Shown: piece after piece, positions 27,570 through 35,276 of the stretch
How positions within the stretch are numbered: the stretch's first letter is position 1
Layout of the letters: each line of letters opens with the position of its first letter
Virus record (IMG/VR): IMGVR_UViG_3300010366_000030
Location: 1-35,276 of that record
Length of the DNA: 35,276 nucleotides
Direction: 5' to 3' (one strand)
From: a virus
Taxonomy: Duplodnaviria > Caudoviricetes
Translations under genes and position numbers: made by a program
The notes under the pieces: generated by a model
Database searches by the model: none
Told to the model about the DNA's origin: nothing
Seen by the model: the letters and a program-made list of their open reading frames with translations, nothing else

Positions 27570-29150
27570 ATGCCATTCACAATTCCGAATGCTGTTGATG
27601 CAGAAGATGTAACACAAGCACAACCGGATGCGCGCGACTTTCGTGACATGATTGTCGCAGCGATGGGTGGTACAGGATGCATCAGTGGATGTGCAGTAAC
27701 CGCACAGGGGACACCGAACATGACTCTCGCGGTTGCATCAGGTAGCGTGGCAGTCGCAAGTGCTGTAGTTTCTGTGACTGCTGGTAACGTGACGATTGCA
27801 GCCGCAGATGCGGGACTCGCCAGGTTCGACTTGGTTGTCGTGGATAACGCAGGTGTCAAGTCTGTGGTGACAGGCACTCCTTCCACGGGTCCGGTCTTTC
27901 CCGATCCAGCAGGGAAAGCAGTGCTCTGTGCGGTTCGTGTACCAGCGGGGGCCACCTCAATCAACTCACAGAAGTTGGTTGACAAGCGTGTGCCACCTTT
28001 CGTGATTCCCGCAGCTATCCCACCTGCGACACTTGCGCCGTTCGCTGGCACAGTAGCCCCTGCTGGCTGGCTCCTGTGCGATGGTTCTGCTCAATCACGA
28101 ACCACGTACTCCGCGCTGTACGCGGTTGTCGGTACCTCGTACGGGGCAGGCGACGGTTCTACCACGTTCAACATTCCTGACCTACGTGGACGGATTCCCA
28201 TTGGAATGGGGACACACGCAGACGTGGCTTCGGTTGGACTCAATGACGGACAAGCTGTGGGTACAAGGCGAGCGCGTCATGCCCACACGAACGGGTTGAC
28301 GCTACCGAACCACACTCATGCAAACTCGCTGACGTTGCCAAACCACGTCCACTCGCACTCGTTCACGTTGCCTGACCACGGTCACGGGCACTCGTTCGCG
28401 CTTCCGAACCACAGTCATGCACACTCGCTGGCGCTCCCCAATCACACCCACTCCAACACGTTCACGCTGCCGAACCACACTCACTCTAATACGTTCTCAC
28501 TTCCAGCGCATACACACGGTGCTGGATCACTGGCGTTGCCAACACACAGCCACAACCACAGCCTTACCCTACCTAATCACGCTCACAGCGTCAACGATCC
28601 AGGCCACACTCACGGGACGGTTGTGACGGGAATCAATCCGTCTGGTGGACAGGCTATTTATGGTGCCAATGACCCGAGTCCTGGCTCGATCATTACAAGT
28701 CAGGGTGTCCTGTCGAATACCACAGGTATCTCCGTCGGAGCACCCACTTCTACACCAGTAGTTAATGGTAGTGTGGATACACCTACTTCACTTCCCGCCA
28801 TCAATGGCTCAGTTGGGAACATTCTCTCAATTCCAGCCATTGATGGTGCTGTGGGCAATCCCACGTCCAATCCGGCTCCTGGTGGTTCCATCGGAAACCC
28901 GACTACGAATCCAGGTATTTCAGGTACAGTAGACAATCCAACAAGCAATCCCACTATCCCAGGTGCTGTGGGCAGCGTTACGTCTACACCCACGATCAGT
29001 GGTGGTGTTGGGAATCCCACGTCACTCCCGACACTTGGTGGAAGTGTGGACAATCCCACGACCAATCCAGCAATCAGTGGCACCATCGGGCAGACAGGAA
29101 TGACGGACTCGTCCGCGTATCTGGTAGTGAACTACCTCATCAAGACATGA
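27570..29150 (+). CDS. Tail fibre with tail-collar domain and HxH needle repeats
   Basis: Collar motif PFAG..APAGWLLCDGSA.SRTTYSALYAVVGT.YGAGDGSTTFNIPDLRGR; HxH repeats; C-terminal YLVVNYLIKT. Confidence 0.92.
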   Translation: MPFTIPNAVDAEDVTQAQPDARDFRDMIVAAMGGTGCISGCAVTAQGTPNMTLAVASGSVAVASAVVSVTAGNVTIAAADAGLARFDLVVVDNAGVKSVVTGTPSTGPVFPDPAGKAVLCAVRVPAGATSINSQKLVDKRVPPFVIPAAIPPATLAPFAGTVAPAGWLLCDGSAQSRTTYSALYAVVGTSYGAGDGSTTFNIPDLRGRIPIGMGTHADVASVGLNDGQAVGTRRARHAHTNGLTLPNHTHANSLTLPNHVHSHSFTLPDHGHGHSFALPNHSHAHSLALPNHTHSNTFTLPNHTHSNTFSLPAHTHGAGSLALPTHSHNHSLTLPNHAHSVNDPGHTHGTVVTGINPSGGQAIYGANDPSPGSIITSQGVLSNTTGISVGAPTSTPVVNGSVDTPTSLPAINGSVGNILSIPAIDGAVGNPTSNPAPGGSIGNPTTNPGISGTVDNPTSNPTIPGAVGSVTSTPTISGGVGNPTSLPTLGGSVDNPTTNPAISGTIGQTGMTDSSAYLVVNYLIKT

Positions 29151-29383
29151 GCACCAACACGCTCATAGCATTCTGTGTCGGACTCAACTGTCTACTCGCG
29201 GTGATTGTTGTGATGGGTGCGTTCTTCGACCGCAAACACAAGCGCGAGATTGACTACGACATTCGGGCACTTCCTATCAGGCCCATCCCGCCGCCTACGC
29301 CGCCACCGCCACCAAAGCCATCATCTGATGACAAGGAAACAGCAGTGACGTGGCCTCAGCGGGTTGAGGCTGACGTGCCCTAG
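29147..29383 (+). CDS. Small membrane protein with Pro-rich segment
   Basis: ATGA overlap; N-terminal hydrophobic helix; PIPPPTPPPPPKP. Confidence 0.6.
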   Translation: MSTNTLIAFCVGLNCLLAVIVVMGAFFDRKHKREIDYDIRALPIRPIPPPTPPPPPKPSSDDKETAVTWPQRVEADVP

Positions 29384-29392
29384 GACTCAGAC

Positions 29393-29466
29393 ATCAGGGG
29401 TGCGCCGCTCTCTCGACGCTGTGACTCTCTCCCACATGTGCCAAGCGAGTTGGCTGCACCCCTGAT
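29393..29466. terminator. Long stem-loop between convergent operons
   Basis: ATCAGGGGTGC (29393-29403) and GCACCCCTGAT (29456-29466) form perfect 11-bp arms that extend inward with G-U pairs. Confidence 0.55.
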
Positions 29467-29489
29467 CTTTCGTGACTCCCTCCTACATC

Positions 29490-29804
29490 TTAACAGCAGC
29501 CGTCATATCTGCCCCACGGTTGGTGACAACCGTACTTGCGCCAAAGTAGATATGCGCGATAGTGCTGTTCTTCGCGTGATGCGCTCCACGCTGATCCTCT
29601 TCCTCCGGCTTCTGCCCATCCGGCCATCATGCCGTATAGGTTACTGCTTGCTGCGCCGTTACCTGACTCACGAATGCGGACACAAGTCATGTAACTTGAG
29701 TTCATCCACCAGCTAGGTGGCTTGGGCCATTGTGCTTGGGCTGTCTGTCCTAGTATCCCTCCCAGGATACATAGGAGGGACACTGTTATCAACAGCTTAC
29801 GCAT
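29490..29804 (-). CDS. Secreted Rpf-like lytic transglycosylase
   Basis: Signal peptide ending AQA; C..RESG...W...GG.G....ASREEQ...A..L....G...PW; RBS AAAGGAG. Confidence 0.75.
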   Translation of the reverse strand: MRKLLITVSLLCILGGILGQTAQAQWPKPPSWWMNSSYMTCVRIRESGNGAASSNLYGMMAGWAEAGGRGSAWSASREEQHYRAYLLWRKYGCHQPWGRYDGCC

Positions 29805-29887
29805 TAGGGGGGACTCCTTTGATAGCTGACTAGGCGCGGTCGAGTATGTGCGACCGTGTAGCTAGTTGTTTATCTGATATCACCTCC

Positions 29888-30325
29888 TTAATTCTTGATG
29901 CAGGTGAAGATTGTGGTCTGTCCACCTGGATGATTAATCACAAGCACGCCGTGTGAGTAACCAGTGGGACACGTGGTTTCTCCTGACGTACCTGCTGGGC
30001 CTGGTGGTCCTGGTGGCCCATCTGCACCTTTAGGGCCAGGTGGCCCAACAGCACCATCTGTGCCATCTGCGCCAGCGTCACCTTTCGGGCCTGCTGGACC
30101 GGCTGGGCCAGGATCACCTTGTGGCCCAGATGGGCCTTGTGTGCCCACACCCGCGTTGATGGTGACTGTCTGTGTAGGCTCCTGTGAACTTACACCGAAC
30201 GCAGCAGTTGCCACGAAAGCTCCACATGCGCCAGCCAGGAGCAGACCAGCCCCAATTCCAGCGAATGTCCAGCCATCTATCTCTTTGAAGTATCGGAGAA
30301 GTTTGTTTATCAACTCAGCCATCAT
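29888..30325 (-). CDS. Membrane-anchored collagen-like protein
   Basis: N-terminal TM helix, about 18 Gly-X-Y triplets, C-terminal Cys pair. Confidence 0.8.
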   Translation of the reverse strand: MMAELINKLLRYFKEIDGWTFAGIGAGLLLAGACGAFVATAAFGVSSQEPTQTVTINAGVGTQGPSGPQGDPGPAGPAGPKGDAGADGTDGAVGPPGPKGADGPPGPPGPAGTSGETTCPTGYSHGVLVINHPGGQTTIFTCIKN

Positions 30326-30540
30326 CCATCAGCCGCCTTCCTTCCTCTGGAAACGTCACGAATCTCGTATTTCGTGCCGGTCCTAAAGGCGTCTTTCAAT
30401 TCTTCGATACGTTGATTGCAGTTGTCCTCAGACTTACTCTTCGATCTTCTGAGTGTGAGCAACACAGCTAGAATGCTTGCCATCCCGGTGAGAAACGCAC
30501 CCCACGCAGCAGGGTCAGTTGGGAGGACAAAAGCGAGCAT
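30322..30540 (-). CDS. Small membrane protein (lysis cassette)
   Basis: One TM helix followed by a charged tail; coupled to both neighbours. Confidence 0.7.
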   Translation of the reverse strand: MLAFVLPTDPAAWGAFLTGMASILAVLLTLRRSKSKSEDNCNQRIEELKDAFRTGTKYEIRDVSRGRKAADG

Positions 30541-30746
30541 CAGGAATCCTGCGTAGCCTCCTCAGGAACGAATGGTGGTCTGTTGGGAACCTGGAACACA
30601 GCGCCGAGCGCGACGAAGAAAGCAATCAACGCTGTGACAATCTCAGACCAACTCAAGCCACCAGCCACAAGCCCTGTGACAATCGCAGTCAAGCCAGCGA
30701 TGATTGCTGCAATCACAGCCTTAGCATATGGCGCGATCTTATTCAT
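30540..30746 (-). CDS. Holin
   Basis: Two TM helices; PYAKAVIAA...VFQVPN pattern; downstream of the endolysin. Confidence 0.8.
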   Translation of the reverse strand: MNKIAPYAKAVIAAIIAGLTAIVTGLVAGGLSWSEIVTALIAFFVALGAVFQVPNRPPFVPEEATQDS

Positions 30747-30943
30747 TGCCCTGGTTCTGGATCTGTCAAGCCCAACTCCTGACGTACTTCATCGCTGAGT
30801 CTGTCATCAGACTTAGACTCTTCTGACCAGTCAGACTCGCCTTGCTCATCCTGCTGTAGCTCTGGATGATCGTGTTGGATTTCGTCTGGCACGGACTCCA
30901 CTGGTGCTTCACTCTCCGGGGTATCTGACAAGGGCGTATCCAT
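30743..30943 (-). CDS. Small acidic protein (66 aa)
   Basis: RBS AGGAG before ATG 30943, inside the 3' end of the endolysin; ATGA overlap with the holin. Confidence 0.6.
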   Translation of the reverse strand: MDTPLSDTPESEAPVESVPDEIQHDHPELQQDEQGESDWSEESKSDDRLSDEVRQELGLTDPEPGQ

Positions 30944-31880
30944 CAATTTCTCCTGGGTATCGTGTGCGCGCGTAAGCGCCGCCACCGTTTGACTGAGAAC
31001 CTGATGTCCCTGCACTCGTATTACCACCGTACGTGAGCGTGTTCGAGCCATCAAATCCGCGAACCATTTCCACATGAGCAGCGTGTCCCATCGTGACTAG
31101 ATCGCCTATCTTCACCTTGGAACGATCTGTTGTCCAGCCCTTGTAGCACTTACTGGCCGACTTGGCGTACTGTTGGATCTGAGACACAGACGCGAGTGAG
31201 GAATCCATTCTCTCCACGCCCGCTGTCTCCATCGCGTAGTAACACCAGCATCCACACCAGGGCTGATAACGCAACCACGTGCCACCACCCGCACAGTGAT
31301 CTTGTGCTGTGCGGATCCCGTCAGACCGCTCGTCACAATTCGAGTTAGCTGGTTGTTCTGTGTAACCAAGCCGCTTCGCCATGTGGTCAAGTGCCTTCTG
31401 ACGTGGAGTCTTTTCAGGTGCTGGCGGCGGGGGAGGCACAGCTTGGCCCTTGTAGATTTCGTATGCCTGATTGAGTAGATCAACACACACGCTATCGAGG
31501 ATCGGCTCACCGAAGTGCTCCGCGTTCGGATCTGAAATTGTGGCGTAGCGCATGTTGTCGAATGTCTTCTGTCCTACCCAACCTGTGGCATCTAGCCCTT
31601 GCTGACGTTGGAAACCTGCAATGCCCGTGTCTTTGACGTTCCCACTTTTGCCATGTGAAAACGCATTCGAGAACGTGTCGTCCCACGTATCCGGTGCCCA
31701 TGCACCCCAGCGTCCAGCATGACAGATCGCACGCTTATACGCTAGGACATCCGGGCCATCCTTGCTAGGCGTCTTACCCTTCGCCTTTGCATCGGGCGGA
31801 TACAACGGACGTGGAAACTTCACTTGGACAGGTGGAGACTTGCCGATGTAACCCTTTTGATACCACTCTACATCGCTCAT
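30909..31880 (-). CDS. Endolysin: peptidoglycan-binding domain plus CHAP amidase/peptidase
   Basis: FQRQQGLDATGWVGQKTF (PG-binding); PWCGCW...HVEMV...GGNT (CHAP Cys/His). Confidence 0.88.
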   Translation of the reverse strand: MSDVEWYQKGYIGKSPPVQVKFPRPLYPPDAKAKGKTPSKDGPDVLAYKRAICHAGRWGAWAPDTWDDTFSNAFSHGKSGNVKDTGIAGFQRQQGLDATGWVGQKTFDNMRYATISDPNAEHFGEPILDSVCVDLLNQAYEIYKGQAVPPPPPAPEKTPRQKALDHMAKRLGYTEQPANSNCDERSDGIRTAQDHCAGGGTWLRYQPWCGCWCYYAMETAGVERMDSSLASVSQIQQYAKSASKCYKGWTTDRSKVKIGDLVTMGHAAHVEMVRGFDGSNTLTYGGNTSAGTSGSQSNGGGAYARTRYPGEIDGYALVRYPGE

Positions 31881-32360
31881 TCATTCCTCCCATGTGGAGA
31901 GTATCTTTGCCGTGCCCCCTCCTGTGCGGAGGTTTACTAACCGGGACCCCGCTCCGAAGGTAGCCCATTGAAGCAAGTGACGTAGGGCATCCATGCCGTG
32001 TGGGATTCCCCGCTTGTACACGTCATGGGACTTGAGCATCCTGTCTGTGTAGTAGGATTTCCCAAACGACGGAGACTGTAGGAAAAGCTGTAGCTTACCA
32101 GACGGCTCGATCATCTCGTACAGCCTTGCGATGCCGATGAGTTGCATGGGAAAAAGGTTGAGTCCTGTGCTTGCGCGACCACGAAATGCGAAGTCTTCCA
32201 TGACGATAATGTCCGGCGCGAAGTCAAACAACCTGCGCCAGAAATCATCGACCTCATCGACAGCCTGGAACGGCAGACACTCAAGCTGCTGATCCTCAGT
32301 AATCATGGCATACACATATCCCGTGTGTATACCAGGATCAATTGCTAGGACCTTAATCAC
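31881..32360 (-). CDS. RuvC-like Holliday junction resolvase
   Basis: VLAIDPG..TG, IIVMEDF and HGMDALRH acidic catalytic motifs. Confidence 0.8.
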   Translation of the reverse strand: MIKVLAIDPGIHTGYVYAMITEDQQLECLPFQAVDEVDDFWRRLFDFAPDIIVMEDFAFRGRASTGLNLFPMQLIGIARLYEMIEPSGKLQLFLQSPSFGKSYYTDRMLKSHDVYKRGIPHGMDALRHLLQWATFGAGSRLVNLRTGGGTAKILSTWEE

Positions 32361-32674
32361 TTGGCCTCTGCGATCAGATGCAGTTCGTCGGGATTGTCAA
32401 GAATCACATCTGTGTCAGGATACAGACCAAGATGTGTAGGCTCCCAGCCCGTTGGATTTCCATGACGGTCAATGTGTTCAAATCTTCCCATGAGTGAACC
32501 ATCGCAATCGGGATCGTACCCCGTAACACGGAATACCATCGCGATGATGGTTCCTACGGGGACAGGCTCAACAGAATCACGACGAATCATGACAGCATTG
32601 AAACCTGGCCCTGAGGCTAGTGGTTCTAGTCTGAAATTTTCTTGCTCCGCAGTGATTTCAGGCACTAGTCTCAT
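32357..32674 (-). CDS. Hypothetical protein
   Basis: Coupled ORF (GTGA overlap); GYDPDCDGSLM motif. Confidence 0.65.
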   Translation of the reverse strand: MRLVPEITAEQENFRLEPLASGPGFNAVMIRRDSVEPVPVGTIIAMVFRVTGYDPDCDGSLMGRFEHIDRHGNPTGWEPTHLGLYPDTDVILDNPDELHLIAEAK

Positions 32675-32912
32675 CGTTGGCCTTGTCCTCGACTCGTAGG
32701 GTGTGTGGGCCTATGCGGTAGAGATTCTGATTGGATGACAACTTCAAGGTAGACTCCACACCAATCTCCTTGAACATGTTCTCTTCCATGAGCTTCTTGA
32801 GTGCGAGTGCTTGCATCCGTTCTCGTCTGACTCGCTGATAGATTCTCACTTGAACCGTGAGCGAGTAGAGTGAAACCACCAGAGCCGTACACGCAATCAG
32901 AAATGCTACCAT
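32658..32912 (-). CDS. Hypothetical membrane protein
   Basis: N-terminal hydrophobic helix; overlaps both neighbours. Confidence 0.6.
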   Translation of the reverse strand: MVAFLIACTALVVSLYSLTVQVRIYQRVRRERMQALALKKLMEENMFKEIGVESTLKLSSNQNLYRIGPHTLRVEDKANDETSA

Positions 32913-32986
32913 GTGTGGATCAGGCTGATGAGCAGGACGAGTGCGATTGCCACTACTGCTACTTCGGTGAGTGACACAGATTTCAT
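32906..32986 (-). CDS. 26-aa membrane peptide
   Basis: Not in the track. TAATG overlap with the polymerase stop; MKSVSLTEVAVVAIALVLLISLIHTW. Confidence 0.5.
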   Translation of the reverse strand: MKSVSLTEVAVVAIALVLLISLIHTW

Positions 32987-35276
32987 TAGACTGTCATCTC
33001 CTTCATTGATCCCCAATCGGGACCAGTTGACAGATCGGCTATGTAGGGGAAGTCCCACTCGATGGCTTCCATCGGAGCCGCCTCCATAAATCCCTTAAGT
33101 ACCGACGCCACTTCCTCGACATGCTTTTCTCGGACATTAACAAGGATCGAGTCATGAACTGTGATTCGTGGCTGAGCCATGTACCATTTGTCGTTGTCCT
33201 TGAGCCATCTGGTGAACTTGATGAGTGCCCAGAGAGTGATGTTGGCGGCGATGTTCTGTGGCTTGAAGTTGATGCCTTCTTTGACAACGTGTAGCCTACC
33301 TCCCTCATCTGCTGGGATGATGTAGAACCTACGCTTGTGACCGAACGGTGACTGTAGCTCACCTTCGGTCATCACAATCTTCTCTGTTGCCTTCGTCCAC
33401 TCCCACACCTGCGGGAACCTGGCCCACCAAAAGTCGATGTACTTCTGTGCCTCAGCCTGCGGCATGTGGTACAGTTGCGCGAAGCTGAATGCTGATTGCC
33501 AGTATGCTACTCCGAAGTTGATGTTCTTGCTTCGGACGTATTGCTCGTAGGTGTAGTTCTCTCCATAAAACTCTGCCGCCACTTCTTTGTGAAGTGAGCG
33601 ATCCGTGTCGAGATAAATGGACTGAAGATTTCTATCCCCTGAGAGTACGGCAATTGTGCGAAGCTCTGCTTGAGACAGGTCTGCACTAAGAAATACACAT
33701 CCGGGGTCAGGGATAAACGCACTTCGTATGCTTGGGATGCCTTCTTTTGGTCTGGTGACGTTCTGTAGATTCGGATTGGCACTACTGACTCTCCCGCTCT
33801 CTGTGCCATGAATCTTAAAGTCAGTGTACACTCTTCCATTCGGGAACCTCCTGAGTACCAACCCCTCGAAGTACGTACCCCGTTGTTTGTCTAACTCCTT
33901 GAAATCGTCGTAAATCTGTGTGAACGCCTTGATTGCCTCACGTTCCTTGTCATGCCCGTATGTGACGGACGTGAACTCTCCCATTAGGATGGCTTCGCGC
34001 ACGTATTGATCCGTGCTGCGTTTGCCAAGACGTTCAATGCGTGGGCGCATGAGGTTGTGCTTGATACCCCAATCGTCGTAGTACAGCTTCTCCATCACTT
34101 TGGGCGAATTGGGATTGACAGCTTTGCCAGCCATCTGTGCGAGAGACTTGCGCTGTCGCTTGAGCTTGGGCCATACCTCATCCTCTAGGATGTCACACGC
34201 CTTATCTGCGTCGAACAGATTGCCTTCAAGCTCTACATGCGCGAGTGCCCACGATAGGTCTGTGAGCATGAGCTTGTATGGGCGCTCCCACACGTTGTCG
34301 TTTATCGCCCGATCTTTGAGTATGCCAAAGAGAGCAAGAGCGCCAGCAGTATCAAAACCGTTATAGCCGTAGAGTTCTTGTCTTGCCCGATGCTGCATAG
34401 CAGGTGCGTCGCCGTAGTAGTCAAACCTGTTCCCCTTTGTCTTGAAGTGCTTGACACTGGCAGGTTCGTACTTGGGCCAACCTATCTCATCCTTGAGAAG
34501 CCATTCAAGTGAGTGACCACCGGCACCCGACTCAGGATCGCCGGGTCGCTCATCAAGACACCAACTGAGTAGCAGTGTATCTTCGTCTACACTGGCTTCG
34601 ATGCCATGTGTCCACAAGACCTTTACGTCGTACTTGCCGTTATGCCACAGGTAACGGCATTGAGGGATTTCCCAAAGTCCCGCGAGAAGCTCCATACCCT
34701 GTGGATGTAGGCAAACGTTCTCTCCGAAGACCACAGCTCTTTCTGGTCTAATGGAGAAGCCTGCACAAACAACTTCCGCTGTGTGTCTAAGTCCGGCACG
34801 TTTCTTTTCGATGTCTTTGGGTGCGGCTTCATCTGTACCTCGGGTTTCCAAGTCGGATGAGATGAGTGTGGGATTCTCACAAAGCTGCTCACGCATCGTG
34901 GCTACTGCTTCGACCGCTTCCTCATACGTGTCAATGATCCTAACCTTGGGTAGATCAGGAACAGGTAGAGGATTGAGAGCAAGCCTAAAATCACGAACGA
35001 GGTCAGGGTAGGTGCCATCGTTGCGAATAGCCACAGCAGGATTAGAGCTGACAATGACACGCTGTACTTTGCCATTTGACGGGCGGTCATGGACAAACCC
35101 CCTGTTCTGGCCGATGTTGCTCACACCTGCGACAGCCCACGCAGCTTCGACACCACACGCAATCACGGTGTCAGCGTGCATGATTTCTTGTTCCAGCCGT
35201 GGCTCGCAACACGCCATAGCTTTGACGAACGCACCCTTGTCCTTCTCTTCCTGTGGGCCTGCGCTCTCACAGAGGA
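32986..35276 (-). CDS. polA: Family A DNA polymerase with 3'-5' exonuclease and N-terminal uracil-DNA-glycosylase-like domain (5' end outside the window)
   Basis: Exo DLET/HNGKYD/YNGFD; GRVSSANPNLQN; motif A DLSQAELR, B RSKNINFGVAY, C VHDS. The frame is open past 35217 to the window end (..LCESAGPQEEKDKGAFVKA-MACC). Confidence 0.93.
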   Translation of the reverse strand, partial: LCESAGPQEEKDKGAFVKAMACCEPRLEQEIMHADTVIACGVEAAWAVAGVSNIGQNRGFVHDRPSNGKVQRVIVSSNPAVAIRNDGTYPDLVRDFRLALNPLPVPDLPKVRIIDTYEEAVEAVATMREQLCENPTLISSDLETRGTDEAAPKDIEKKRAGLRHTAEVVCAGFSIRPERAVVFGENVCLHPQGMELLAGLWEIPQCRYLWHNGKYDVKVLWTHGIEASVDEDTLLLSWCLDERPGDPESGAGGHSLEWLLKDEIGWPKYEPASVKHFKTKGNRFDYYGDAPAMQHRARQELYGYNGFDTAGALALFGILKDRAINDNVWERPYKLMLTDLSWALAHVELEGNLFDADKACDILEDEVWPKLKRQRKSLAQMAGKAVNPNSPKVMEKLYYDDWGIKHNLMRPRIERLGKRSTDQYVREAILMGEFTSVTYGHDKEREAIKAFTQIYDDFKELDKQRGTYFEGLVLRRFPNGRVYTDFKIHGTESGRVSSANPNLQNVTRPKEGIPSIRSAFIPDPGCVFLSADLSQAELRTIAVLSGDRNLQSIYLDTDRSLHKEVAAEFYGENYTYEQYVRSKNINFGVAYWQSAFSFAQLYHMPQAEAQKYIDFWWARFPQVWEWTKATEKIVMTEGELQSPFGHKRRFYIIPADEGGRLHVVKEGINFKPQNIAANITLWALIKFTRWLKDNDKWYMAQPRITVHDSILVNVREKHVEEVASVLKGFMEAAPMEAIEWDFPYIADLSTGPDWGSMKEMTV

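Noticed and set aside
20759-29150. Diversity-generating retroelement or invertible fibre cassette
   Set aside because: No reverse transcriptase or invertase, and no adenine-specific TR/VR pair seen in this window.
30944-31075. Upstream extension of the acidic ORF given in the track (110 aa)
   Set aside because: It lies within the endolysin; the RBS supports ATG 30943.
1-35276. Frequent CACGTG/ACGTG words across the window
   Set aside because: Plausibly due to a preference for CGT Arg and GTG Val codons after NCA/NAC codons; enrichment cannot be established without computation.

Overview
This window is part of a tailed dsDNA phage genome with a contractile tail (myovirus-type). Actinobacterial-style wall-hydrolase motifs and an Rpf-like gene suggest an actinobacterial host (inference). 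Layout: (i) the 5' end of a minus-strand gene (<1-242); (ii) a divergent control region (243-822) with three equally spaced leftward promoter-like repeats, three CAATGATTG palindromes at 16-bp period and several hairpins; (iii) an odd orphan ORF (823-1830) inside a 1,157-nt stretch with no TT dinucleotide and about 28 GCTGA/TCAGC motifs, closed by a terminator; (iv) a plus-strand morphogenesis operon (terminase, portal, protease/scaffold, decoration, capsid, neck, sheath, tube, chaperones with a likely -1 frameshift, tape measure, LysM, multi-hydrolase hub, spike-collagen-fibre fusion, baseplate wedge, His-repeat needle fibre); (v) a convergent minus-strand block (UDG-like/exonuclease/PolA fusion truncated by the window end, RuvC-like nuclease, CHAP endolysin, holin, membrane collagen, secreted Rpf-like transglycosylase). 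The best novelty candidates are the TT-free motif-dense ORF with its control region, the fibre with 9 outgoing HxH repeats matched by 9 returning repeats, the secreted Rpf-like gene flanked by start-less SD/hairpin elements, and nested hydrolase domains in the hub. No tRNA, rRNA, CRISPR array, integrase or reverse transcriptase was recognised. All calls are by eye and all counts are by hand; no database search was run.
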